From Narcine bancroftii (Eukaryota), in assembly GCF_036971445.1 (NCBI RefSeq), contig NC_091470.1, forward strand, positions 228,036,001 through 228,100,000: 64,000 nucleotides of DNA, in the 5' to 3' direction. Of the stretch, positions 37,417 to 50,739 are shown piece after piece. How positions within the stretch are numbered: position 1 is the stretch's first letter; each line of letters begins with the position of its first letter. Position numbers and translations under genes: made by a program. The notes beneath the pieces were generated by a model, which did not search any database, was not told the origin of the DNA, and saw only the letters and a program-made list of their open reading frames with translations.

Positions 37417-39727
37417 GGCCCTTCCAAACTACCATGTAAAATAGAGTTAACCGGGCAATTTGCATGGTTAGTGACCCAGGGACAGCCTGGTCAGAATCCT
37501 GACCTACCTCACATGTGGTATGGGAACCCAGTAAAACTTACCCGGGTGTCCTACTCCGGCAGTTTGAAAGGGAAAATGGCTGACCCGGTTACTTTGGTGG
37601 TGTCAGCGCTTGAGTGCGTGCATCACAGGAAAATCCCCAGCTGAAGAGCTGCTTCAGCAATAGGGGGGAGAGTGGTTGCTGCCGCGATGGAAGAGTGGCC
37701 GCTGCCATGATCGGGGAAAGACTGGGGTCCGCGATGTTCTGCTGCTGTGAAGGCTGCTCCAGTTTGCGGCACTGTAAAGCGGTTCCAGTGGTGTGGAGGA
37801 TTATGAATAAGGAAGAGAACCATTGCTCCTGCACTCCCGCATTGAGCCATCACTGTGGACCGGAGTGGCATGTCTCAACATCTTCTTTTTCTTTGGCTTG
37901 GCTTCGCGGACGAAGATTTATGGAGGGGGTAAAAAGTCCACATCAGCTGCAGGCTCGTTTGTGGCTGACAAGTCCGATGCGGGACAGGCAGACACGGTTG
38001 CAGCAGTTGCAGGGGAAAATTGGTTGGTTGGGGTTGGGTGTTGGGTTTTTCCTCCTTTGCCTTTTGTCAGTGAGGTGGGCTCTGCAGTCTTCTTCAAAGG
38101 AGGTTGCTGCCCGCCAAACTGTGAGGCGCCAAGATGCACGGTTTGAGGCGTTATCAGCCCACTGGCGGTGGTCAATGTGGCAGGCACCAAGAGATTTCTT
38201 TAGGCAGTCCTTGTACCTTTTCTTTGGTGCACCTCTGTCACGGTGGCCAGTGGAGAGCTCGCCATATAACACGATCTTGGGAAGGCGATGGTCCTCCATT
38301 CTGGAGACGTGACCCATCCAGCGCAGCTGGATCTTCAGCAGCGTGGACTCAATGCTGTCGACCTCTGCCATCTCGAGTACTTCGATGTTAGGGATGAAAG
38401 CACTCCAATGGATGTTGAGGATGGAGCGGAGACAACACTGGTGGAAGCGTTCTAGGAGCCGTAGGTGGTGCCGGTAGAGGACCCATGATTCGGAGCCGAA
38501 CAGGTATCTTTGTGAGGTTTTTCAGTTGGTTGTTTTTCCAGACTCTTTTGTGTAGTCTTCCAAAGGCGCTATTTGCCTTGGCGAGTCTGTTGTCTATCTC
38601 ATTGTCGATCCTTGCATCTGATGAAATGGTGCAGCCGAGATAGGTAAACTGGTTGACCGTTTTGAGTTTTGACCTAGTGTCGCCGAGAATATTCTCCCAG
38701 AATCACAGTGCGGCTTTCGCGCAAACAGAGGAACTACTGACATGGTCTTTGCCCTCAGACAGCTCCAAGAAAAGTGCAGAGAACAAAACAAAGGACTCTA
38801 CATCACCTTTGTTGACCTCACCAAAGCCTTCGACACCGTGAGCAGGAAAGGGCTTTGGCAAATACTAGAGCGCATCGGATGTCCCCCAAAGTTCCTCAAC
38901 ATGATTATCCAACTGCACGAAAACCAACAAGGTCGGGTCAGATACAGCAATGAGCTCTCTCAACCCTTCTCCATTAACAATGGTGTGAAGCAAGGCTGTG
39001 TTCTCGCACCAACCCTCTTTTCAATCTTCTTCAGCATGATGCTGAACCAAGCCATGAAAGACCCCAACAATGAAGACGCTGTTTACATCCGGTACCGCAT
39101 GGATGGCAGTCTCTTCAATCTGAGGCGCCTGCAAGCTCACACCAAGACGCAAGAGAAACTTGTCCGTGAACTACTCTTTGCAGACGATGCCGCTTTAGTT
39201 GCCCATTCAGAGCCAGCTCTTCAGTGCTTGACGTCCTGCTTTGCGGAAACTGCCAAAATGTTTGGCCTGGAAGTCAGCCTGAAGAAAACTGAGGTCCTCC
39301 ATCAGCCAGCTCCCCACCATGACTACCAGCCATTGGGCACATCTCCATTGGGCACACAAAACTCAAAACGGTCAACCATGTCTCAACATATCACGGCAGC
39401 AGTCACTTCCTACCCACCCCCATTTGCGTCAGCGGCATGTCGCTGGAGGGGGTGGAGGGGGGACGACTGACGAGGGGGTTTGGCGACTGATGCTAGGCTA
39501 TTGACAGCTGGTGAGGGAGGGCCAATACTGACGGCCAATACTTCCCGTGAGTGCACGTCGCATCACTCACCACAAAATCACGGGGATAGGATCCCCCTTA
39601 AATTGCTGGGTTGGCAATTTATCAGGTAGGTCTGGCTACAATTTGAAAGCTGCATTCTGCACCCACGACCCAGTAATCATACCTGGGTCCCAGGAGGGCT
39701 ACCCGGGTGCTGCAATTTTGAAAGCAC
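37417..39727. mobile_element. Probable PIF/Harbinger-like MITE nested in the hAT element
   Basis: TTA on both flanks (37414-37416 and 39728-39730). Degenerate TIRs ggcccttccaaact / aattttgaaagcac. Subterminal acccgggt motifs at both ends. Confidence 0.55.
37882..39376 (-). mobile_element. RTE LINE with 5' inversion (3' part on minus at 37882-38671; inverted RT part on plus at 38672-39376)
   Basis: Both pieces lie inside one 13-bp TSD CATGTCTCAACAT (37869-37881 and 39377-39389). RT motifs FVDLTKAFDTV, GVKQGCVLAPTLF and LFADD on plus; C-terminus and tail on minus. Confidence 0.93.
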
Positions 39728-40439
39728 TTATTGTTAGAGACTATGTTCAAATGGGAACACTTAAAAATGGGCAACGGGCTGCAGTTGGCCCACAGGCCGT
39801 TGTTTGGCCACCTCTGCTGTAGAAGGTAACAAAGGTAGCCAGGTACATCACAGGATCTAACCTCCCATCGATTGAATACATCCACGTGAGGCACTGCCTC
39901 AAGATGACACCAACATCATCTTGGTGACAGTCCCATCTTACTATCTTTGAGTAGAAGACCAGCGCCTGTTATGTTCAAGAACAGTTTCTTTCCAATAGGT
40001 TTTGAACCTCCTATTGTTATACTAATGATGGACTTTCCGTCACCACAGAAGGATCATCTGAATATTGCAGTCTGTGAATATTATCTATCTACTTTTTAAA
40101 GATCATCTATTTAATTTTTTTAATAAAGTACCTGTTTAGCAAGTAGGAATTGTAGTGCATATGTATATTGTAAAATGTATATGGCAATTAATACATTATC
40201 AATTGAGAGCTTGCATTTACTTAGCAACTGCTTATCCTCAAAGTATCCCAGAATAATATGCAACCAAAGAAATATTTCAAATTGCAGTCATTAATATAAG
40301 AAGCATGGGAACCAATTTACATACAACAAATGTCCATAAACAGCAATCAGAGCCAGAAATTCTGAGGAAATATTCTTCCCTTGTTTAGAATAGAGCCATG
40401 GGTTATTTTATATCTATTGGAGAGTCTATTTGGAGCAAC

Positions 40440-40665
40440 ATAGGTAGCATAGAGGCACCATTGGCCCACATTTGAATCTGTTGCTGATGGTAAGGAGTTA
40501 GTACGTTCTCCCCATGATCACATGGTTCTCCACTCAATGCTCTGGTTTCCACCCACATTCCAAAGACATACGGGGTTAATAGGTTAATTGGTCTCAAGGG
40601 CATAGTTAGGTGGCATAGGCTCATGGGCTGGAAGGGACTGTTTCCGTGCTGTATCTCTAAATTAA
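40440..40665 (+). mobile_element. SINE (V-SINE/HE1-like); related copies at ~51770-51970 (+) and ~56285-56530 (-)
   Basis: All three copies share gtaaggagtt(t)gta..ttctcccc...ggtttcc.cccac...aggttaattgg...gctgtat.tcta. Confidence 0.7.
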
Positions 40666-42284
40666 AGAGTAAATGACAGATGAGGCTTTGGTTTAGCATC
40701 TCATTTGAAAGATGCTAACCCCTGCAGTACAACATTGCAGTAAGAGAATGATATATTAACCTTGATTCAGTAGTGGAATGATGCAGTGATTTTCCTGTTA
40801 CAATGGCTTACTTCTATTAATGGAAACACTAGGGAGGTTAGATAAAGCATAAAGCAGATGTCAGGTTGATTACCTTTGAACATGATATTTTGATTTTACT
40901 ATTGATGTCAAGTTTCCTGTGAAAGTTTTTTGAATTGAAACCTTAATAGCTCCTCTAAGATTTTGTCCATCCATCTTAATCTATTTTGGATTGTCAACTG
41001 CTTTTGCTAATTCTTTTATTTTAGACATTTTTGAAATATATGAAACATTCAACTTTTCATGTTATCTTGATCATATTGGTGAAGAAAGCAGAAGTAATAT
41101 CAATCAAAATAAAGGCAGTGTCCTCTTGCTGTTTTAATGGTTAGTTTCATGATTTGACTGCAATTCTTGCAGCTTGCTCATTTTACATTTTAAAACAGCT
41201 CTGCCCCTCAGTGGTTATATTATATACTATAACTTATTCTCAGAACTGTAATTTTGGTTATTGCTTTTCAGAATGTGTAAACATTTTGCTTTTGTAGTTC
41301 TGTACCAATATTTTGCAGAATTGTTCAGTCTTAGCAGAAATAAAATTGATGGAATGCAATTTTGGTACAGCTGATGACCCATAGCATCAAAATGCATGCA
41401 GCACAGTATGCAGTGTGTCATTCTTATCACAACTATATTGAACAGATGTTGTTTTGACAGGTAGATTGGTGAGAATGTGCATGCAGTTTATTCTCTTATT
41501 ATTGATCCTATTGCCATCAGTTACAATTTCATGACTGTCATTTCATTGAGGGTTCTGCCAGTCTAGTCTATGGTAGCACTCTTTTGGTGATGTGTGTTGA
41601 AATTCCCTTCAAAGGACATAAAACATGGAGAAAAACTAATTCATTAGCTGAGGGAGTATAGTAAGTGGTAATCAATAAGCATTTTTTTTTGCCATGTTTG
41701 ACCTGAACTTTGAAATTTTCTGGGCTCCTTTGTCAATGTGGAAGACTTCCTTAACATCCTATCTTCCTCTGGTAGAAGTGTCCTGCAGATACATCAGGAG
41801 AAAGCCAGGAAATACTGGCAATTCTGGCAGATAGATATGATTTCTTTACCTTGAATTTGCCAAATGAGATGATTAGTGCATCGATTTGGCGCCGGCTGCA
41901 GGATGTTACTGTCTCAATTGAGCTGTGTGTCATTTCCCAATTAATTGCCTTGATTACAACCAAGTAATAATTGATAACATTCTTATTTTTCTTTCTAGAG
42001 ATCAGGCACTCTTGGGGGTTCCTAAAATAGGTACAATCCTTGTTCATTGGGTTTACTACCTTATAATTAGCAATTCCCTGTTTGTGCACTTTATTGTGTA
42101 ATTTTGGTAAAATTACAATATCTACAAAGACAATCTGCTACAAAATAACCCTGCTCACTTAACTGTGTTCCCCTTTTAACAATGATTCAAAATCCTCATG
42201 ACTTCCCACATATAATATCTAAGTGACAGAAGGACATTTTATATGCTCACATCCAATCATGTGTGTTAATATATTCATATTCCA

Positions 42285-42870
42285 GATGCTGGTGGAGAAT
42301 TTGTCCTCACTGGGACTCAACAACTCTCTCTGTGACTGGATTTGGACTTCCTAACGGAAAGACCACAGTCTGTCCATGTTGGCAGCAGAAAGGCAAGCAT
42401 GATGAGCATAAGTGCACAGGTGCTAGGTACTCAGCCCACTTTTGTTCACACTACAGACCTATGACTTCAACACTAGATCCAGCTCCAAAAGAGTCATCAA
42501 GTTTGCAGATGACACAACAGTAGTTGGACTTATCAGCAACAACGATGAGTCAAAATAGATGATGCAAGAATAACAAACTGAGTCTCAATGTTGATAAGAC
42601 AAAGGAGATGACTGGACTTCAGGAGGAGTAGGAACAACCACCCTCCACTACACACTAATAGGTTGGTGGAGAGAGTGAAGAGTGTCAAGTTCCTCGTAGT
42701 TCACTTAAAACAGTGACCTATCCTGGACACATAACATCTCCATTTGTCGAGAAGGTGCAACAGCGATTACACTTTCTGAGCATACTAAGGCAGATGAAAC
42801 TACTGGCCACCATTTTGTCAACTTTCTACAGGAGCTCTATTGAGAGTGTACTGGCTAGCTGCATCACAGT
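42285..42870 (+). mobile_element. Decayed Rex1/Babar RT fragment
   Basis: ctggatttggacttcct (WILDFL-like), aagtttgcagatgacacaacagtagttgga (KFADDTTVVG) and cagcgattacactttctgag (QRLHFL). Confidence 0.75.
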
Positions 42871-44940
42871 TTAAAGAGAATAAAGGTGGATAAATCTCCG
42901 GGTCCTGACAAGATATTCCCTAGGACCTTGAGGGAGGTTAGTGTAGAGATAGTGGAAGCTCTGACAGAAATATTTAAAATTTCATTAGCCACGGAGGAGT
43001 TAGTTCATGTTGTTCCACTGTTTAAAAAAGTTTTAAAAAGGCTCTAAAAGTAAACCTGGTAATTATAGACATGTGAGTCTGACGTCAGTGGAAGGAAAAT
43101 TAATGGAGAGTGTTCTTAAAGATGGAATATGCAAGTATTTGGATAGATAGAGACTGATTGGTTGTAGTCAACATGGTTTTGTGTGTGGTAGATTATGTTT
43201 AACAAATCTTATAGAATTTTTTGAGGAGGTTACTAAGAAGGATGACGAAGGAAAAGCTATGGATGTTGTCTATATGGACTTTAGTAAGGCCTTTGACAAG
43301 GTTCCACATAAGAGGTTAGGAAGGTTGAATCATTGGGTATTAATGTTGAAGTAGTGAAATGGACGGAAGATGCCAGAGAGTAGTGGTGCAAAATTGTCAA
43401 ATTGGAGGCCGGTGACTAATGGAGTGCCTTGGAAAGTAGGATTAAAGAAAAACTCAAGGTATTCTATGTGTATGTGAATAAAAGGATGACGAGATTGAAG
43501 CCAACATGTGGCTGGAGGCAGAGAAGATTCATGAGGTCCTAAATGAATACTTTGGTTCAGTATTCACAAGAGAAATGGACCTTGATCAGGGTGAGGTCAG
43601 AATAGAACAGGCTTTTGTGTTGACGATGTTGAGATTAGGGAAGATGAAGTGTTGGATCTTATAAACGTTAAGATTGATGTACCCAGGGCCAGATGCGATA
43701 TACCCCAGGTTTCTGTGGGAAGGGGTGGGGGGGGGAAGAGAAAGTTATGGAATTTGTTTTGATCTTTGAGTCCTTCTTGGCTACATGGGAGGTGCTGGAG
43801 GATTAGAGAATGTCTAATGTGGTCCTCTTGTGTAAAAAAATGTAATAGGGAGAATCCTTGGGATTATTGATAGTGAGTCTTACGTCGGTGTGCAAACTAT
43901 TGGAGAGGATTCTTAAGGATACGATTTATGAGCATTTGGAGAAGTACAATCTCGTCAAGGATAGTCAGCATGGGTTTGTGAGGGGAAGGTTGAGCCTCAT
44001 GAGCCTAATTGAGTTTTTTGTGGAGATAACAAAAGAAATTGATGAATGTAGGATGGTAGATGTATATATGGATTTTAGTAAGGCATTTGACTAGGTCCTC
44101 CATGGGAGCCTTGTTCAGGAAGTCTTGAGGCACGGGATCTGTGGAACCTTGGCTATGCGGATACAGAATAGGCTTGCATGTAGAAAGCAGAGAGTAGTAG
44201 TGGATGGAAAGTATTCTGCCTGGAGGTCGGTGATTAGTGGAGTTCTGCAGGAATCTATTCTGGGACCCCTGCTCTTTGTAATTTTTATAAGTGACTTAGA
44301 TGAAGAAGCGGAAGGATGGGTTAGTAAGTTTGGAGATGATAGGAAGGTTGGAGGAATTGTGGATAGTTTAGAAGGTTGTCATAGGTTACAACAGGATATA
44401 GTCTGGATGCAGTGTTGGGCAGAAAAAGTGGCAGATGGAGTTCAATATAGATTCTGTAAATGTATTTTGGAAGGCCGAACTTGAAGGTGGAAATCATGGT
44501 TAATGGCATGATTCTTAACAACGTGGAAGAACAGAGGGACCTTGGAATCCAAATTCATGGATCTCTCAAGGTTGCCATGCAGATTGATAGGGTAGCTAAG
44601 AAGGCTTATGGAATGCTGGCCTTCATTAGTAGAGGGATTGAGTTCAAGAGTTGAGAAGTAATTTTGTAGCTCTATAAAACTAGATTTACCACACTTGGAA
44701 TATTGTGTGTAGTTCTCATTACAGGAAGGATGTAGAAGCTATGGAGAAGGTTCAGAGATTTACCAGGATGTTGCCTGTATTGAAGAAGCTGTCTTTTGAG
44801 GCAAGGTTAGCAAAAGTAGTGCTTTTCTCTTTAGAGTGAAGGATGAAAGTGAATTAATAGAGATTATGACAGCCAGAATATTTTTCTTGGGGTAAGAGAG
44901 ACAGATACCAAAAGACATCTGTAAAAGCTGAGGGAGGAAA
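42871..44940 (+). mobile_element. Two adjacent CR1 ORF2/RT fragments (42871-43430 and 43431-44940)
   Basis: KSPGPD, SQHGFV and VYMDFSKAFD each occur twice. GVLQESILGPLLFVIFISDLD and SKFGDD. Confidence 0.85.
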
Positions 44941-47277
44941 TTTTTTTTTTGAAAATTTTATTTATAAACAATAATGAATCATACAATCAAAATACAATCC
45001 AATACATAATGTTTTATCGCATGTAGCCCCGATCCCCAACCCACCCAAGCCCCCTCTAAACTACCCCAAAAGAAAAGAAGAAAAAGAGGAGATCTCCAGC
45101 AATGCCACTCAATCATTTGCCATGGATTGGGACTGCAGCACCAATGTATGGGAAAGAAAATATTAATGATCTAGTCACATATTTTCCATATATGAGCTCC
45201 AAGTTTTAATAAAAAAATAATTATTATTTCATAAATTATACTTTATTTTCTCCAAAGGAATAGATGATCTCATCTCCACATGCCACTCAATTTAGTCTCA
45301 TTTTTCCATGTAACTGCAAAATATTTCCTAGCCACTGCTAAAGCTAATCTTAAAAAAAGCAATTTGAAATATATCTAATTTTAATTCCAAACTCAGTGTT
45401 TTAATATAACCCAATAAAAATATATTAGGGATAAGTGAAATTTTAAATTTAAACGTAACCTCGAAAAATTCCTTAATTTTATTCCAAAAAGGTTTAACTG
45501 TCTCACATAGCCAAACTGAATGTAAAAAAGTACCCACTTCCTTATGACACTTAAAACATAAATCAGAAGAAACATATTTATATTTCTTTAATTTCTCTGG
45601 AGTCAAATATAATTGATGGATAAAATTATAGTGAACCAATCTATACCTTACATTTGCAATTTTAGTCATACTATTCTCAAATATAGACATCCATTCATCT
45701 TGAGAAATAGATATTTCCAAATCTTTTTTCCTACTTCACTCTAGATTTATAAGCATCTGGTTTAAGCATTTTATTCTGCAATAAAGCATACATATCAGAT
45801 ATAATCCTTTCTTACTGCCATCAGTAAATAAAATTTCAAATTTAGACCCTCTAAGAAGCCTCAAAGTACACCCAAAATTATCAAGCAATAATGTTTTAAC
45901 TTGATAATAGGAAAAAAGAGTATTTGAAGATATTTCATATTTCTCTTTCATTCTTTGAAAAGAAACAAAATAACTCACCTCATAACAATCTTCTACTAAT
46001 TTAATTCCTTTTTGCTCCCACAACTTCAAAAGTTGATTATTAACAGTAAAGGGAAAAAGCTTATTTTGAAACAAAGGTATTTTAGCCAAAATTTTCCCTT
46101 GGTACCTATAATTTAATTCTTTTTATTCCATAATTCCATCAAATGTTTTAACACAGGTAAATTATAATTACTTAATAACTGAACATTCCATCGATTAATA
46201 AATTGATCCATCCTCTTCTCACCTATCTGAAATAATTCAAAATTGGCCCATATCAGAGGGTTGTCTACTTGAAACATCCTATTAATAAATTTCAACTGAG
46301 CTGATTCATAATAATGTTGAAAATTAGGGAGTTGCAAACCTTCTCAAACATATCTCCAAGTTAACTTCTGCAATGATACCCTTGCCATTTGGAGTCTGTT
46401 TTTTTATAGTTAATTGTACAATTTTTTCTGGATGTTAGACCTTAATGAATGTTTATGGCCCGAGCACTGATGATGAACTGATATGTTTGAGAAACTATTA
46501 CAGAGAACCAGGCATCGTTATTGTGAATTGGGGGGAGAGAGCTCATAAAGAGTTAGCATGGCAGTTAAAAACGGAACAGGTGTCTAGAACAATAAATGCT
46601 ATTAGGCATCATTTGATGATTACGTATAAACCACAAGAGATTAATGATGAGTTTTGTATGTTTTATGAGAAATTGTATACTTTTGAGATATCGCAAGATG
46701 TAGTTAAAATTGAAACATTTCTATCTGGTTTAACTTTATCTTCTTTGAAGGATAAGGATATTAAGGAATTGGATGCTTCTTTTACTGCTAAAATACCGAA
46801 TGACACACTTCGGCCTATGCCAAGTGGTAAGTCTCCTGGTGATGATGGGTTTACTTCTGAATTTTATAAGGAATTTCAAGATTTTTTAATTCCCTTATTG
46901 ATGGAGGTTTTAGATCAAGTGGAAAAGATTGGGTCCTTCCTGGATTCTTTTTCTAAAGCAATTATTACTGTTATCCTTAAGAAGGATAGGGATCTCTTTG
47001 TTAAATGTGGATTATAAGATTGTAGCCAAGATTCTGGCTAATAGATTGGCTAAATGTTTACCTTACCTGGTTCATGTAGATCAGGCGGATTTTTATCAAG
47101 AACCATTATTTAGCAGACAATGATGTAAAGTGGATTTCATTAATTAATATTTCTTGGGAGCAATCTGACCAACCAATGGTAATTTCTCTTGATGCAGAAA
47201 AGGCTTTTGACAGGGTGGAATGGAAATTTTTGTATAAAGTTTTGGAAAAGTTTAATTTTGGGCCTCTTTTTATTGGT
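44941..47277. mobile_element. L1-like LINE sequence in two orientations (3' part on minus 44941-46390; EN/RT part on plus 46391-47277)
   Basis: Poly-T at 44941. Minus strand LQLPNFQHYY...HYNFIHQLYLTPEKL...CFKC. Plus strand MNVYGP, GKSPGDDGFTSEFYK, SLLNVDYKIVAKILANRL and [12 protein letters not shown]. Confidence 0.82.
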
Positions 47278-47880
47278 TGAGTTCAAGAGTTGAGAGGACA
47301 TGTTGCAACTCAAAAAATGTCTGGTGAGACTACACTTAGTATTGTGTTCAATTCTCGTCACCTCATTATAGGAAGATTGTGGAAGCTGTGGAGAGGGTGC
47401 AGAGGAGAATTACCAGGATGTTGCCTGGATTGGAAAATAATTCTTATGAGGCAAGGTAAGAAGAGCTCGACTCTTCTCCTTGGAGTGAAGAAGGATGAGA
47501 GACTTAATAGAGGTCTTCTCCCCCAAGATTCTGAAAGACATGTATAAGGTGATCAGCCAGCACCTTTATCCCAGGGCAGAAATAGCCAACACCTGAGGAT
47601 CTCTATATGGTGAAGGGAGGAAAGTTTAGGGGAGACACCAGGGGTATGTTTTTTATGCAGAGAGTTGTGAGTGCTTGGAATGCCTTGCCAGGGATGGTGG
47701 TGGAGGCCAAAACATTAGAGGCTTTTAAGAGACTCTTAGACAGACACATGGATGAAGGAAAAGTAGAGGGTTATGAGGTAGGAAGGATTTGGCAATTTTT
47801 TAGTAAGAATATGTAGGTTGGCGTAACATCAAGGGCCGAAGGGCCTGTACTGTGCAGTAATGTTCTATGTCCTATGTTCT
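47278..47880 (+). mobile_element. CR1 3' fragment
   Basis: FFMQRVVSAWNALP...FKRLLDRHMD. Tail gttctatgtcctatgttct. Confidence 0.85.
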
Positions 47881-48799
47881 AAGATCGGTAAATTAGGAAT
47901 GTTTCATGAGGACACTGGACATTATAAAAGAAATATGAATTATCAGAGAAGAAGGATGAAATGTGGAATTCATAACTGGAGTAGACTGCATTGACAGAAT
48001 GCAGAATTACTGTGCCAAGCTGGAGTCAGGAATTTAGTTAAAAGGCAAAGAATTGGAAAGGTTAGATGAAAAAACTAAAAATTCAGCAGAGCATTCAGGA
48101 AAGAAAGACAGAGAAGAATAAGATGAATGTTACTCAGTTATTGTAAACATTACAGCAGTTCTATAGCAAGGATAGTCAGCATGGCTTTATTAATAGAAGA
48201 TCCTTTTCAAATATTTGAATTTTTCAAAGATGCAATGAAGTGCATTGATGAGGGTCATTCATTTGGTGTGGTCTGTAACTCTTCCACTCAAAACATTGGT
48301 TCAGTGCAGTTTGGCCATTGGTAGAATTTTCTACCTCAGAGAGCAGTAGAGGTTGAGTCATTGAATTTATTGAAGTCTGAGATAGAGTTCTGAAATGTGG
48401 AGATTAAAATGTTGTGGGGAACAAATAGGCAGGTGGAGTTGAGAGCAAGAGCAGATCAGCCTGGAGGAGCCATACAGCCTATCCCTGCTCTTATTTCTCT
48501 CCTTCTTCCTTACTTGTATTACAATAGTGACTTCACTTCAAAAATTCTTGACTAGTTCTTTTGGGACAAACTGATTGTGATTTTTTTTCCCCCTCTCTTT
48601 CTCTGGTGATAATTCAGCCTTTAATTGATGTTCAGGTTTAAACCTGGTCATCAATTTTCATTCATTGATTTTGAATTTACAAGTTCAAGTTTATTTAACA
48701 CTTGAAAGTAGAAGTACATCCTGACAAGACAGCATTCTCCAGTCCTTGATACAAAACAAGAAAATACTTATCCAGTCAAATGATACATATACAGTACGT

Positions 48800-48825
48800 A
48801 CACAACACACACACACACGCACACA

Positions 48826-48880
<55 letters not shown>
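48800..48880. repeat. (CA)n microsatellite within a minus-strand LINE 3' end
   Basis: Direct observation of about 40 CA units with a few interruptions. Confidence 0.97.
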
Positions 48881-48883
<3 letters not shown>

Positions 48884-49719
48884 TAAATGTTTCATAAAAA
48901 GAGTCTCAGAGGGTGTGTATGAGCAGTCATTTCAGTTGTTCAGCAGTCTCACTACCCGTGGGAAGAAACTATTTCTCACCCTGGTGGCTTTGGTCTGATA
49001 CTCTTGTATCTGTTTTCTGATGGGAATAGCTGAAAGATGCCGTGCATGGGTGGAAGGGGTCCTCAATGATTTTGTGAGCCCTCTTCAGACAACGATCTTG
49101 GTGTTCATCACCTTTTGGTCTTCATGAAGGAGTCTTTGGCCATGTCTCCACTATGGCCTAGATAAAGTGCCAATGAAAACAAAACTTTATCAATGCATAA
49201 GATTCATTGCCATTGTCATTATTTAAATTATTTGAGTGTGAAAGAATCTGATGAAAAATTTGTGTTAGAAAATTGGCAGTTTGTTTTGTATATTCCCTGT
49301 TTTTTTTTCAATTAAAAATGAAGGGAACTAAATGTTGGGAGAGTGTGAAAGTGCTGCACACTCACTTTTGCCCAATTTACACCACTGGCTAATGTCAAAA
49401 TAACCCCACACTAGGGCATAAAGCATAAGTTGATGTTAAAAATAATTTTAGTTTGATAACTGGCATTCAGTCAAATTGCCCCATTAGTAAGATTCAGTAG
49501 GAAAAGTTAGCTGCTGCAGAAAAACATAAATGTTTTTATCATTTATGCAAGAGGTCACCAATAATTCTTGTGAAAATCATTCAAATGTCATTGCTATTAT
49601 GATATCTAAAGCATGAGATGGGATTGGGGTGGGAGGGTAGCTATCAACTTTGGTGAGGTTGATGGACTGGCAATATTATTGGATACCCTTGAGGCAATCT
49701 GATTAATATACTATTCAGA

Positions 49720-50739
49720 TGGATTTCAGGATCCTGGATTTCCTCACCTCCAGATCCAAATCAATGTTGATTGGCAAGAACATTTCCACAATCACTATAA
49801 ACACTGGAGCACCACAGGGCAGTGTTCTTAGCTCCCTGCTCTACTCGTTTACACCTATGACTATGTGGCTTGGTACATCAATACAACAACACCATATACA
49901 AGTTTGCTGACAATACCAGTACACCAGGATGCATAAAAAGTGGTGATCAGTCAGCATACAGGAGGGAAATTAAAAACTTGGCTAAATGGTGTATTAACAA
50001 CAGCCTTGCACTCAATATCACCAAAACCAAGGAACTGATTGTAGACTTCAGGAATGGAAAATAAGAAGTGTGCGATCCAGTAATCATTGGGAGAGTTAGA
50101 GGTGAAGAGGATGAACAAATTTAAAATTTCTGGGAGTCATGATCTTGGGGGACCTGTCAAGTTGTGATGAAGGCACATTAGCACCTCTACTTCCTCAGGA
50201 GTTTGCAGAGGTTCAGTATGCCATCAGAAACATTGGCAAACTTCTTCAGATATGTAGTGGAAAGAGTGCTGACCATTTGCATCACAGCCTGGTATGGGAG
50301 CACCAATACCTCTGAGCAGAAAACCCTCCAAAAGGTAGTGGATACAGCCCAAACACTCCCCACCATCAAGAATATTACAAAGTTACCATTGGAGAGCAGC
50401 AGCAATCAACAAGAATCCACACTACCCAGGATATGTTCTATTCTCACTGCTGCCATCAGGAGGAAGGTATTGGTGCCACAGGACTTTGTATCTCCAGATT
50501 CAGAATAGTTACTCACCCTCAACCATCAGACTCCTGAACAACAGACTCATTCAGAAACTCATTTAAGGACTTGAACATTGCTCATTATTTATTACTGAAT
50601 ATTTATATTTATATATTTGCACAGTAAGTTTGTTTATATTTCTTTCTTTTTTTTATAGTTCTTTCTTTCTCTGAGTATAGTGCACAGTTACTGGTAATTA
50701 GAAATTCTCCCTGGCCTGCAGGAAAAAGAATCTTATGAT
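49720..50739 (+). mobile_element. Rex1/Babar 3' fragment; a second 3' fragment lies at ~51180-51735
   Basis: ILDFLTSR...TGAPQGSVLS, YKFADN, LALNITKTKELIVDFR and TLANFFRYVVERVLTICITAWYG. Confidence 0.82.

Larger units (their letters stand above)
37223..39816. mobile_element. Non-autonomous hAT (Charlie-like) element carrying nested insertions
   Basis: TIRs CAGGGATGGTCAAAC / GTTTGGCCACCTCTG. 8-bp TSD CTCTAGAA/CTGTAGAA (7/8 match). Confidence 0.8.
36340..40010 (+). mobile_element. Decayed Rex1/Babar RT fragment split by a hAT MITE (pieces 36340-37222 and 39817-40010)
   Basis: ctggacccatttcaatttgcct (LDPFQFA), acaggggcacccaagggtgc (TGAPQGC-like) and aaatttgctgatgac (KFADD). The sequence resumes after 39817. 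Confidence 0.75.

Noticed and set aside
41020-42040. Unique AT-rich DNA with splice-like motifs on both strands
   Set aside because: The candidate exons contain stops or give unrecognisable peptides, so no gene call is supported.
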